From the NCBI GenBank assembly GCA_965644265.1, contig OZ286472.1, forward strand, positions 27,962,001 through 28,026,000: a DNA stretch of 64,000 nucleotides, in the 5' to 3' direction. Both the position numbers and the translations under genes were made by a program. Below are positions 14,039 through 25,590 of the stretch, one piece after another. Under the pieces are notes generated by a model. That model had not been told where the DNA came from and made no database searches. It was given only the letters and a program-made list of their open reading frames with translations. The DNA comes from Glycera tridactyla (Eukaryota). The stretch's first letter is position 1, and each line of letters opens with the position of its first letter.

Positions 14039-14490
14039 CTGCAAAGAAACAACACAAGGGTAAAAAAATACCTTCGGTGCGGTGATAGTTACCGTATTAT
14101 CTTGCTTGAAGTATAGCAAACTCTGAAATTATCTATTTGTGGGGAATGGGATTTCTATTCATTTATTTATTCATTCATTCATTAATCCATTTATATATAT
14201 ATATATATATAAATCATGCTGGTCAATGCAATAGACAGGTTTCTTGCCTCATCTCACTTGATGTGTTTATATACATACAAAATGTAACGAACAGATTTCT
14301 TGCCTTGATTAACAGATTCATTCATCCATGAATGCAAAAATCGGTAGGTAAGTACCATCAACAAATCTTGCTCAGTGCTAGAAAATAATATTTGCTTGTA
14401 TTTGAATTTGAATATCAATTGGTCTACATTTTCAACATAAACTCCATTGAGGCTATTCCTGGACATTATCTCTGGAATATCCACACAGTA

Positions 14491-14666
14491 CAGTGAAACC
14501 TGCAATGAGAGACCACCCTAAATGTAACTGAAAAGTGGTCTCCCAAAAGAGGTGGTCTCTCGTCGGAGGTATATTTGACTATGACAAATAGAAAAGCAGC
14601 CCAGTACAAGCAGTCTCCCATCAGAGGTGGTTTTTCGTTGAGGGTCTCTCATCGCAGGTTTCACTG
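14491..14666. mobile_element. Tc1/mariner-type MITE, family A (cagtgaaacctg TIR)
   Basis: TIRs cagtgaaacctgcaatgagagacc / ggtctctcatcgcaggtttcactg (23/24 match), TA on both sides, internal gaggtggtc repeats. Confidence 0.9.
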
Positions 14667-15127
14667 TACAGTGCTGGGGTTACATATGCATGCTAACCAG
14701 TGCCTAAATGAAAATATGCTTCAACCAACACAACTACTACTAGCGTTTCATTATTCACTATCTGTTCATCTAATCACTCCCTCATCCTGGCAGGCAAATA
14801 AGTTGCACACTTGCATAGTGAGAAAATGGTTGAATCTTCGTTCTTTTAATTTCTTCCAAGACAATTGGTGAATACATCTCCATAATGAGTTAAGACCAGT
14901 TACTTCATCATAACTAAAAATAATGATGGCCTGAAATTCCAATAAACGGTGTCATCCTTGCTCTTATTTCAGCATTAATTACCCCAAATATCTCAATAAA
15001 GACGACTAGAGGCAATTGCATCTAAGAAAATATCTTAGACTTCCATTGATATTGCCACACAGTGGACAACAATGGAGGAATGCGAATTATCAAAGTGCAT
15101 CACAATATGAATGCATACATGCAACTA

Positions 15128-15303
15128 CAGTATAACCTGTATTCAACAACCACCTTTGGGATATGAAAAAGTTGTTGCTTGAGACAGGTGGTTGTCTAAT
15201 ACAGGTGAATTATAGTGAAAAATACTCTGGAATGATATCGAAAAGTGGCTGCTTAAGACAGGTGGTTGCTGAATACAGTGGTTGCTAAATTCAGGTTCCA
15301 TGG
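15128..15303. mobile_element. Degenerate family-C-like MITE
   Basis: TA-cagtataacctgtattcaacaaccacc ... ggttgctaaattcaggttccatgg-TA, with internal acaggtggttg repeats. Confidence 0.65.
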
Positions 15304-17982
15304 TAGAGAGAAAGCTGTTCAAAGTCTTCACTTGAGTTGCCCAGTTAGTTGCCTAGGAAACAATCCAATCCTTTCTCTCTGCAACTCATTTAGTCTCATC
15401 TTACCTGCAGACACCACCTAATCATCAGAGCAGTAATATTGGAAGCCTAGATTTCGAGCTAACACCCTATTGCATTGTGTTGATGTCAAGATGGCTACTT
15501 GCTGATCACACATCATCCGCTACTGTGTTATACATATACACTCGTCCTTCTCCTAATGATATGCATATCTTTAGCGGCTAAATTGGTTCATTCTACAGTT
15601 GATTGATTGATTAGATAATTAATATCTCTCTTCAACCTAGGCAGGATTGCACGAGACTGAGGGATCAAGTATGTTCTCAAACATACTGTCTAGACAATAC
15701 TTTGCTGGTTGGTAATAATTCACCAGTGTATTCCATGTCCAGCATTTTTTTTGGGGGTGAATGAATACCTTTGGCTGAAAAAAGTGCACTTCTACCACAG
15801 AAATTCCTCATTACTTTACAAAAGTGGTAGAAGTTCTCCAATATTTTGCAAAGGTGCGGGTGGATCTTTTATTAGCACACGACATGGACACCAATCATCC
15901 CGACTAGCCTTTGATCAAGCAGTCAACAGCACTGGTGGAGAATACATGTTTAAGAAAATGAGCTGCGGGTTGGTCAAACCAGCATCATGGTCTCACATAG
16001 CCATTGCATTCTTCATGTTTCTATTTGATTTTCACACTGTGAATTTCAAAAACAGTGACATGCTATAAGTAGGTATTCCAACTTGACCCGATAAAGGGAA
16101 AGTTTGAGGAATATACACTCCCTGGAAAATGAATACAAATAACTTTTTGGGATTGAAGGTTTACAGTGAAAAGTGGCTGCTTGAGATAGGCAGATACTCA
16201 TAATACAGAATTGCTTAAGATTCATTCCATTACAGAAATTGAGAGAATATACTAGTAAATGGAAATGATAATCTGACACATGTTCTAGCTGACTACAGAT
16301 CAATCTCTCTCAAGTAACCATCTTGTGGCTATTCTATCAAACTATCTTCAATATAATTTTCTGTAATATCCAAATATCTGTTCTGAGTGTGGGCTTTACT
16401 CCATTTCATTGGCAGTAGGCTCAGGACAGGTTTGATTGCAAGATGGTCACATGACTGCAGTTCACTGCTAAATCAGACATCCATATACTGAGAGCAGATA
16501 CCTCAGGCCACCATTGGATATCTAAATCAAATAATAGCACTAGGTCATGTGAAGAAGTGAATTTAGTGAGGAAGTGAAGTTATCGACATCTGGCTGGCTG
16601 TTGGAGAACTAATCAGAGCATATTTATGAAATCCACCAGATGCCACATCAGCTCACTCGCCACATGCTGCCATCTACCAGATCCTAGATGAATCACAGAA
16701 CTATGTGTGGCAGACACAATAATCAAATCCTCCTAGCCTCTCCCTGCTTGGTAAGATGGCGAGAAAAGAGATTAGTGCCAACCACTCCAGAAACATATGA
16801 CAGACCAGTGTAATGGATCAGGATAGGGACAAATGCCAAGAGCCACGTAATCCGTATTCTCCTACTATAAAAATCAATACAAATGATACACATCCATAAT
16901 ATGGAGTCATGAGGAATGTTCCTCTGTTCTTCTCTAGCCTATGCTGATATCTTATGTTCAGTAACAAGAGCGCCAATGCATATATCAGAGAATTTGCTCA
17001 ATCTGCAATCTCAAACACAACCTTCATTTCCACACCACAAAAAATATTAAATGTTCACAATGAAGCTGTTCCCAAGCTGCTCTGCCTCAAAACATACACT
17101 CTAATTGGACAAACATTTGGATGATTCCACTTCCAGAACCAATAGCCCAGTTCACTTGTCAGGGGGGACAATTTTTTGTATTCATACACCACTTACGAGC
17201 ACTATTCCCACTCAGTCAAAGTACGCCCAGAAAAACTGCCCATACTTGATTTATCTGTGGCAAGAAAGCATGATGATTGATTGAGATGAATCATACTTCA
17301 CTTGTGATTTCCTGAAGCCCTAATGATGCATGAAATAGGGAACTTTTTTATGAGCAATGACAAAAAGGGCTGTTTGATGACAGGAATCAAAAACAAAATG
17401 ATCACTCGACTGAACAACTTCAATTGGCCTTTGACTCAGTATCCATAATATTTTTTTCCTGTTTGTTTGCATGCATGTATTAACCCGGGGGATTATGTAT
17501 GTCAAGTGTTCCTGGTCGATGAAAGCTAGATGTCCTGTCCACTGCAGGCATCACTTACACCAACCCTGAACACAAGATGATGGGGAACCTGAAAGGTTGT
17601 CAAGTGGAAGTACAATATGCATAATTGCTGGAATTGTTTTGTCACATCAGACCAGATACAGGTACTCAAATAATGATATCGCATTGATGAAATATCGACA
17701 ATAGGATCAGACAGTGGTAATTTCACAAAGAAATTTGATGATGATTGCATAAAGAAATTTGCAAGCGAGTTCTCTAGAAATTGAATCATCACTTGTTCTA
17801 GGACAAAAGGCAAAGTCCCCCAAGACTGTATCCATTATCAAAGGAGAGATGAACAAATCATGACAGTGTGTGTATGCGTTTTGTACAGGCAAAATACCTC
17901 TTTCAGCATATAAAGAATGAAAGAGTTGTTCATTCCAATATGATTCATGTGTAGATAAATTTTCCTGACAGGTTTCACTGTA

Positions 17983-18141
17983 CAGTCAAACCTCCCTATA
18001 AAGACCACTCTCGGTCGCACCAAAAAGTGGCCTTTATAGGGAGGTGGTCTTTATAGAGGTCATTTACTGTAGAAAATGCTTCCACGGTCGCAGTTCAGGG
18101 CGGTCTTTATAGGGAGGTGGTCTTTAGAGGAGGTTCGACTG
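17983..18141. mobile_element. Tc1/mariner-type MITE, family B (cagtc[a/g]aacctcc TIR)
   Basis: TA-cagtcaaacctccctataaagaccac ... ggtctttagaggaggttcgactg-TA. Close copy at 25413-25590. Confidence 0.9.
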
Positions 18142-19996
18142 TAGTTGCCAGTTCAGACACACCTCTAACTCAAAAATATAGATAAACAAACTGTTGACAT
18201 AGAAAATTCTCAGATGAAAGAGAGCAAAGCGAAATATGGAAAAGGGAGGCAGTTGTAATGTGAAAATGATAGATATATTGTAGCGAGGTACTCCATGAAT
18301 GTTGAGAATAAAGTGGTATGGAAATTCATTTGAGTACTACTAACCTGACACATTCAACACTACATTCATTGTATAACAGGCAGTCAGCTTAAAACTGGGC
18401 ATATGTGTTTCTCAGTAAAGGATCACTTGCACATCAGATAGAAACTAAAGTAGGAAAAATGTTCTGTTGACATGGATGTGATGATTCAAGATTCCTCATT
18501 GGTGACACAGAAGGAGGTGTTTTGAATGATCCAAAACAAAGTGCTGTACTCGAAACAATGGAAGCAATAGGTTCAGGAAATACTCAACCAATGTATTCAG
18601 AAACTGTCAAATTCAAACAAGCCTTACAGTGATCCACACAATAACCCTATCCACAAGGTGATTGTGGGGTGAAAGGGCCATCAAACTGAAGAAGCTATCA
18701 CTTCAGACTCACCTCTAACCAAATAACATAAAACTGATGAGGATATGTATAGTATATCACATTGGCTGGCAGGAAGATGAACCCCGAACTGGCAGGAAAT
18801 GGTCACAATGAAGCAAAGCACTTGACAAAAGGGAATTTATTAGGCTCAGGGAACATATGGGATCTTGTTGAGTGACTCCCAGAATGGTTCAGATTGCAAT
18901 TAGAGCTAAAGGATACAGGCCATGGATGCATAAAAGGAAATATGAGAGTAGTAGACTGCCAGGACTTTATATGAACGGACGATATTCTACGCAATATGAA
19001 CAATGGGGAACCGGTAGTGGTTGTGAGCTCATCTGTCGCAAGCGAAGAGGAATCTCCGGCTGCCGGTGACTGTTTACTGGTGGGTGACGGGGTTAATGGC
19101 TTCCACATTCATGTCAGTGGCATTGTGTTTATGGCGTATCGGGTTTCATAAGCCATTTTCCGATGTAGGAAACATGTCTGGCTAAAAGCATTGTCAAACA
19201 TGCCCGTTCCAGCACAGACAACAATGACGTGTGTGCTCTAGCTTTTGTCAGATAGTTGTACAATTACTCGAGCCGCACACTAATATTTAATCTGAAACAA
19301 TCACATCAGATACCACAAACATTTTGTATTCTAATATCAGATTAACCCCTTCAAGTGCTCTTGTTTTATTCTCACTATGATTTCATCCTACCATTGATGA
19401 GGAAACATATTTTCAAGTTCAACTAGCAGAAGACAGGCAGTACACTCTATCTACCTCTATCACATATTGAGATGCAAGATCTCTGGTATTTTTCTGAGAA
19501 ACACCAGAGTCTATCTTGCACACATGGAATGACCAGGATAAAGAAGGATTTCTCTAATTGCCTACAATTAGATATTGATCTAATATTACCTACAATTGGT
19601 AGATGAACAAAAAAAAGTGTCAGATGATTTGTTTTTTTTTTGCACAGCTGAAACACCCATCACCAGCACTCAATGAGCTGCTATGAGTTTAACACTGGCA
19701 GTGTATCACCTCCATCTGTNNNNNNNNNNNNNNNNNNNNNNNNNNNNNNNNNNNNNNNNNNNNNNNNNNNNNNNNNNNNNNNNNNNNNNNNNNNNNNNNN
19801 NNNNNNNNNNNNNNNNNNNNNNNNNNNNNNNNNNNNNNNNNNNNNNNNNNNNNNNNNNNNNNNNNNNNNNNNNNNNNNNNNTGTCAGAGACATATTTCCA
19901 GATTGTACTGGCAACAGGTCCATGAAATGTGTTCCAAATGCCCTAATTATTTTTTGGCTTGTATGGGATTTGAACCATCAACCTTCCAGTTTGGTA

Positions 19997-20028
19997 TGCA
20001 CACACACACACACACACACACATACACA

Positions 20029-20069
<41 letters not shown>

Positions 20070-20080
20070 ACACATACAGA
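19997..20080. repeat. (CA)n microsatellite
   Basis: Seen directly. Confidence 0.95.
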
Positions 20081-21705
20081 CACGCAATTTTGTATGAAAA
20101 TCATGTCAGTTTCAAGTTCCATGTGCACAAAGTTCCATGGAATGTGTCCAAATTGTGGTGCATTCATTAGGGTATGACCTAGAGCTAGTCAGCTCTGTTA
20201 ACTGTAAAATGAATGTCAATGTGGTGGTTAAGAATCTGGTCATGTTAACAAATTGACCAAACTTTGCATTCAACTTTCTTAGCAGACCTGTTTGACTTTC
20301 AGACTTTCCCGACTTTGCAGATTTCAACCTGCAAAGGTCAGACCATTCAGGGTTCATTCAAGCTTAAAGTGGTACCATCAGTGGGCCAGATTCAAGTCAG
20401 ATTTGTATGGCATTCCCTGCACAACAAATGCTTTGTGACCTCAAAAATAACCTAACATGAAGGTAGAGGTGGCTGAATCATATCCAGGACACATCAGATG
20501 AAGTTAGTGAACTTGATATGTTCACCAAACAATTTGCAACTACATGTGGAGCTGCATTTGGGGAAAACAGAATCCTCCTGGTAGGCGGTATGCATGCCAT
20601 TCACCTCGGCAAGGAGGGCAATAAAGGCCTGTTTGCTTGTATCTCCACGGACAAATAATGAGAGCGATCTAACAGATAGGGAGCCGATTCACTGATGGAT
20701 GCTTGGATGGTTGGTGTGGTTTAACGGGATATCTCAACCCCAGAGGTTACATATGCCTTGTCTCCCAAATCTATGAGAGCTGGATTCCCTGTCCCCTGTG
20801 AGGATCACTTTTCGAGACCATGGAAACATTTGATCTGAGCCGTGAAAGTTTGCCAATTGAAAGTAGCTGTTGTTTAAACCACTCTCCCGACTGCAATTCC
20901 TAACGGGGATGTATTCATGTATAGATATCCAGGATTGGGGATATCTGTCTCCTAAATTAAAAAAAAGACGGCATTTCATTACTAAATCTTTCGGAATGGG
21001 TTCACTCAACATGAAGTAAGTGCAACCTCATTGTTGACTTTATTACTCTGAAAAAGTGCCCATACTCAACAGACTGTGTAATGCCCCCTTATACCCTCTT
21101 CTAGATATAACCTTGCTTTTGCATCTTGAGTGACAATTTTATATCCAAAATCTGTGACAACTGACTGCCCTAGATTTCATGAAAAAGGGGCTTTCAGTGA
21201 AATCTGTGATGAAGAACCACCCTATTTGTGACCAAGAAATGGACTCTTGTGGAGATGGTCTCTCATCAGATATATTTGCCAATGTCAAAATGAAAATAAC
21301 TGCTTGTAGCATGTGGTCTCTAGTCAAAGTTGGTCTATTTTCAGGGGTGGTTCAAGAGATGGTTCAAGGATTTTGGTTGGAGTTGGTGTTTGATATTATG
21401 ACATATGAGAGTCAACCACTATCACACCTATGAATGATTAGCAGGATCAGATACTCATGAATCTACTTTCTCCCTTCAAGGTGTGAGACAAGGAGCGCAT
21501 CGGTGCAAGCCTATTCTAAAGTGGCTATCACATGACAGGCATATAAATCTAGCTATATTTAGATTACAACTGTGAAACCTGTAATGAGCAAGCCTGTGGC
21601 AAGCAATTAACCACAACAAGACAGCATTCATTCTCCAGCACATCAGTCTCGCATCTCTTAATAAAAAAAAATTGAGTTGCCTTGCTAATCGCAGATTTCA
21701 TTGTG

Positions 21706-21838
21706 AAGTGAAAACTGCAATGAGAGACCACACTAGATGCCACAAAATAACGGTCTAGCAAAAGAGGTGATCTCTCGTCGGAGGTATATTTGACTATGTC
21801 AAATTGACAAGAAGCTCTGCAAAAGTGGGTATCACTGT
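21706..21838. mobile_element. Family A MITE fragment
   Basis: gtgaaaactgcaatgagagaccac..aaaagaggtgatctctcgtcggaggtatatttgactatg matches 14491-14585. Ends in atcactg-TA. Confidence 0.7.
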
Positions 21839-22777
21839 ACTCATTTACTGTGTTTATTTCCTTTCATCAGTTGATTTTTTTGTGGAAAGAGATTTCTTCC
21901 TGTAGTTTGAAACAGAGATTACTATACTATTGGAGTTCATATCCATCATGTGGAATACTTAGCAAGTTCTATCAATTTCTGGGGGCCCTCTCTGCACTCC
22001 TGCCTGCCGAGGGCTTGGCAAATCACTACCTACTAGTACTCAAGGGAAACAAGTAATGATTATGAAACATCTGACACCGGACAGCAATTCCGAGAAGCCA
22101 CCACCTGTGGCCTAATTGTGGCCTGAAAATTGTGTCTTGCACATCACACTTGATGGTGATGACACATTTCCAGTTTCATACGATAGCTCAAGAAATGTGG
22201 ATGTAGTTTGCTGCATGGAATTTTTGTGGACAGACCAACCAACCAAATGACTCCAATATACCCCCTTTCAGACTTCATTTGACGGGGGTATCAAGATAGA
22301 AGGACGGTTGATGGAGGGGTTCCCATTGATGGTTCTCAGGTGGCTCTAAACTCATCAATATCACCCTCTCTCACCAGGTATTTTTCTTAACCTGACAGCG
22401 TCCAAGTGAAAATGATGGTCGAGGCAAGTTTGAGTGATGAGCCAATATTTTGTAAATGCTTGTTTCCCTCATCCATCTTCACACAATCAATTCAACGCTT
22501 ATTGGTTTGTTACTTCAAATCCAGCAAACAGCCTTTTTCTTTGCTTGAAGTCATGGGCATCAAACTTTGATTGGGTTTTTTGCTCAGAATCGAGCTATCG
22601 ATTTTTCTTGCCAAAATCGATGTGTATAGACAGCGAGCTAAGACATAGACTCAACCATGTATGTCATACTATATGGAGGATCTGCATGTGGGGTATTGCT
22701 CTTTTAACACAGCATATACTTTCGTTCTCATGAAACCCCTATCCTAACACAACTCCGTATGATATATTTGTCACAAA

Positions 22778-22939
22778 CATTTGAACCTGCTCAAGAGACC
22801 ACATCACTATAAGGGCAATCTGACTTCGAAGGTCACCCTGGGCTGCGAGCATGAGAGTACTATCAACAGGGAAGATAACTGCCTACAAAGGCCACTCTTT
22901 TATGCAACCTAAGGTGACCTTTATAGACAGGTTCAACTG
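22778..22939. mobile_element. Degenerate TA-flanked MITE
   Basis: Right end cctttatagacaggttcaactg-TA. Left end catttgaacctgctcaagagacc is a decayed inverted counterpart. Confidence 0.6.
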
Positions 22940-23354
22940 TATCTATCATTGGCATGGTTTCTTATTTTTCATACCACAGATACAAAGATACTCCATCCAG
23001 GGTGTGGATGATTACAGCTATATACCACACCCTAGTCTCAAAAAGGGTGAACCACAAACTTTTGTATAGATGATATCGACCAATTCATGGACAGTGCAAA
23101 TGCACAATGGTCAGACCTGTAATCAATTCATGATCATTGAAGTCATCACATACAGGTACACAGTAAGGCCCGTGATCAGAATCTGCCTTAAATGTCAACA
23201 AAAAGGCATTGTTATGCACCCAAAATGTTGATACGGTCATGTTTTGAAGATTTGTGGTGGAGAATAGAGGTTATGATAGACTTCTATGCACCTGAGATGT
23301 GCACCACTTGCCTGAGACAAGTGTTAGGTCCATGTCTCTCACTACATGCTTGCA

Positions 23355-23520
23355 CAGTGAAACCTGCGATGATAAACCTCTTGATAAGAGACCACCTCCA
23401 AAGAGAGACCACTTTTCCAGGGCAGCTCTTCTTTTTGACATAGTTAAATATACCTCTTTTGAGAGACCACCTCTTTTGAGAGACCACCTTTTGGTGACAT
23501 TTAGGGCGGTCTCTTGTCAT
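23355..23520. mobile_element. Family A MITE fragment
   Basis: cagtgaaacctgcgatg followed by repeated gagagaccacct units. Right TIR missing. Confidence 0.65.
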
Positions 23521-24666
23521 ATGAGAAATAAAAATGGCATTCACCACCAAATCAAGCAGTTGAGTATGAAATACTAATGAGCAAGAACAACAATCCCTGC
23601 CTTAAGAGGCTTTTCGAACCAAATTGTTCATAATAGGATGCCAAGTGCAGGATTCCTTCCATATCCACCTCATCATTCTGTGACTCCGAGACACTTGTAC
23701 TCTATGCTTCCACTCAAGTTACTGTTTTATATGCTTGAGACCAGCTCAAACTAAAGTCTGTCAAGCTCAATCATGGTGGGTGCATTTTTCACCCCAACAT
23801 CACGAATCTGCATCTCTGACAATTAGAAATGTAATCTAGGCGAGGTTCCCTTGTATAGTTCACCTTAGATCATCAATTATTTCAATTTCACGCTGGTTTC
23901 ACAGCAAGTTCAGCGGCAATATCTACATTGTTTCACATACAAATATTTGCCGATAATGCCAGGAAATAATGCAAGGAAATGATGGCGTAATCCTCTTCAA
24001 AAGCATGCAGACTACCTGAAACCAGATTCGATGATCGCCGGAAGACCTTTACAATACATTCATGCCATTATAACCCAGATCAGATGAAAACTGGGGAATT
24101 TCTCATGTGAAACTTACCTACCACATTCAGTTTTGACAGAGTTTACTGATATATATTTTCGGCTCAAGCTTGAATATTTTATAGTCTCAACTCTGGCATG
24201 CACTGTTGATATACATTCTCTTCTTTGGCTTGAACTTCCGTTTTGTGTTCTCATTTCAACATCAACTACTGACGGATGTTCCTTGCTTTGCCTTGAACTA
24301 CTGTTTTGTATTCTCAGCCTCAGGGTGAACCACTATTATCTACTAAGCCTATTTGCTCTCCCTTGAAATACTGCCTGGAAATTGCTCCCACTACATAGAC
24401 TGCAGCTTTTTCTAAACTCATATTTTGTATCCTTGACCCCAGTACAAATAAAAGTTTCAAATAATCTGCTTTAATATGAGCTTCTGTTTTATATCAACTT
24501 CCCCAGCTTGGACAACCTGTTCATGATATTGGCTACAAACCAAACCAATGGGTTGAATTGCCTGGTTTGAACAAGTGCTCAGAATTTGTGGCTTCAAGTT
24601 GATGAATTATTGTCATAAATCACACCGAATAGTTGCTGATTTATCAAAACTCTTCAAAATAACATA

Positions 24667-24843
24667 CAGTCTAACCTATCCTAGGCAGCCACTGTACTAA
24701 GCAGCCACCTGTACTGAGCAGCCACTTTTGAATTTCTCAACGGGGGTTTTTCCACTATAATTAACCTGCTCTAAGCAGCCACCTGCCCTAAGCAGCCACT
24801 TTTTGCCTTCCCCAAGGGTGGCTGCTTAGGACAGGTTTGACTG
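24667..24843. mobile_element. Tc1/mariner-type MITE, family C (agcagccac repeats)
   Basis: TA-cagtctaacctatcctaggcagccac ... gtggctgcttaggacaggtttgactg-TA, with internal repeated aagcagccacc. Confidence 0.88.
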
Positions 24844-25189
24844 TAAAACAAAGCTAAGAAGCTTTCTTAATGGACAAATGTATGAGATGTAAATATACAG
24901 TTCAGTAACCTTGGTGAGCGCAGCTAGATTAACTCTTCTATCTCTCAGCAGGGCTGTTTGAACTGAGCTTCCTTAAATTCCATAGGAAGTACACTCCCCC
25001 CCCCCCCCCCATCCAACGATGAAATCACTATATGGGCAAGGAATATCAACTCAGCTGATAGCCAAGTACCAACTCATACAGAGATGGAGATAGCCAAGTA
25101 CCTAATTATACAGATGGGAAAGAAATAACAAACAACAGCAGTGTAATGCTGACAGAGGCTGCTTCCATACTTTACTAGACACTAAGATG

Positions 25190-25295
25190 GCGCCCAATTC
25201 ACTGATGAAAATGTTGGCCTTCTGTTAATGTCATGAAATATGCGCCCAATTCACTGATGAAAATGTTGGTCTTCTGTTAATGTCATGAAATATGC
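25190..25295. repeat. 52-bp direct tandem duplication (2 copies)
   Basis: gcgcccaattcactgatgaaaatgttgg[c/t]cttctgttaatgtcatgaaatat twice, one mismatch. Confidence 0.95.
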
Positions 25296-25412
25296 TTCGA
25301 CATGTCTCCCATAGCAGAGATCGCCTGCTTGTGAATTTGTCACTGTAAATCATTGATCTATGCAGAATGGAATAGCCCAAATTAAAAGCTGAGTAAGGCA
25401 CCATGTGATGTA

Positions 25413-25590
25413 CAGTCGAACCTCCATATAAATACCGCCTTCGGTCGCACCAAAAAGTGGCCTTTATAGGGAGGTGGTCTTTATAGAGAGGTCATTTACT
25501 GTAGAAAATACTACCACGGTCGCAGATCAGGGCAGTCTTTATAGGGAGGTGGTCTTTATAGAGAGGTGGTCTTTAGAGGAGGTTCGACTG
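25413..25590. mobile_element. Tc1/mariner-type MITE, family B
   Basis: TA-cagtcgaacctcc ... ggaggttcgactg-TA. Highly similar to 17983-18141, with one extra internal gagaggtggtcttta unit. Confidence 0.9.
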
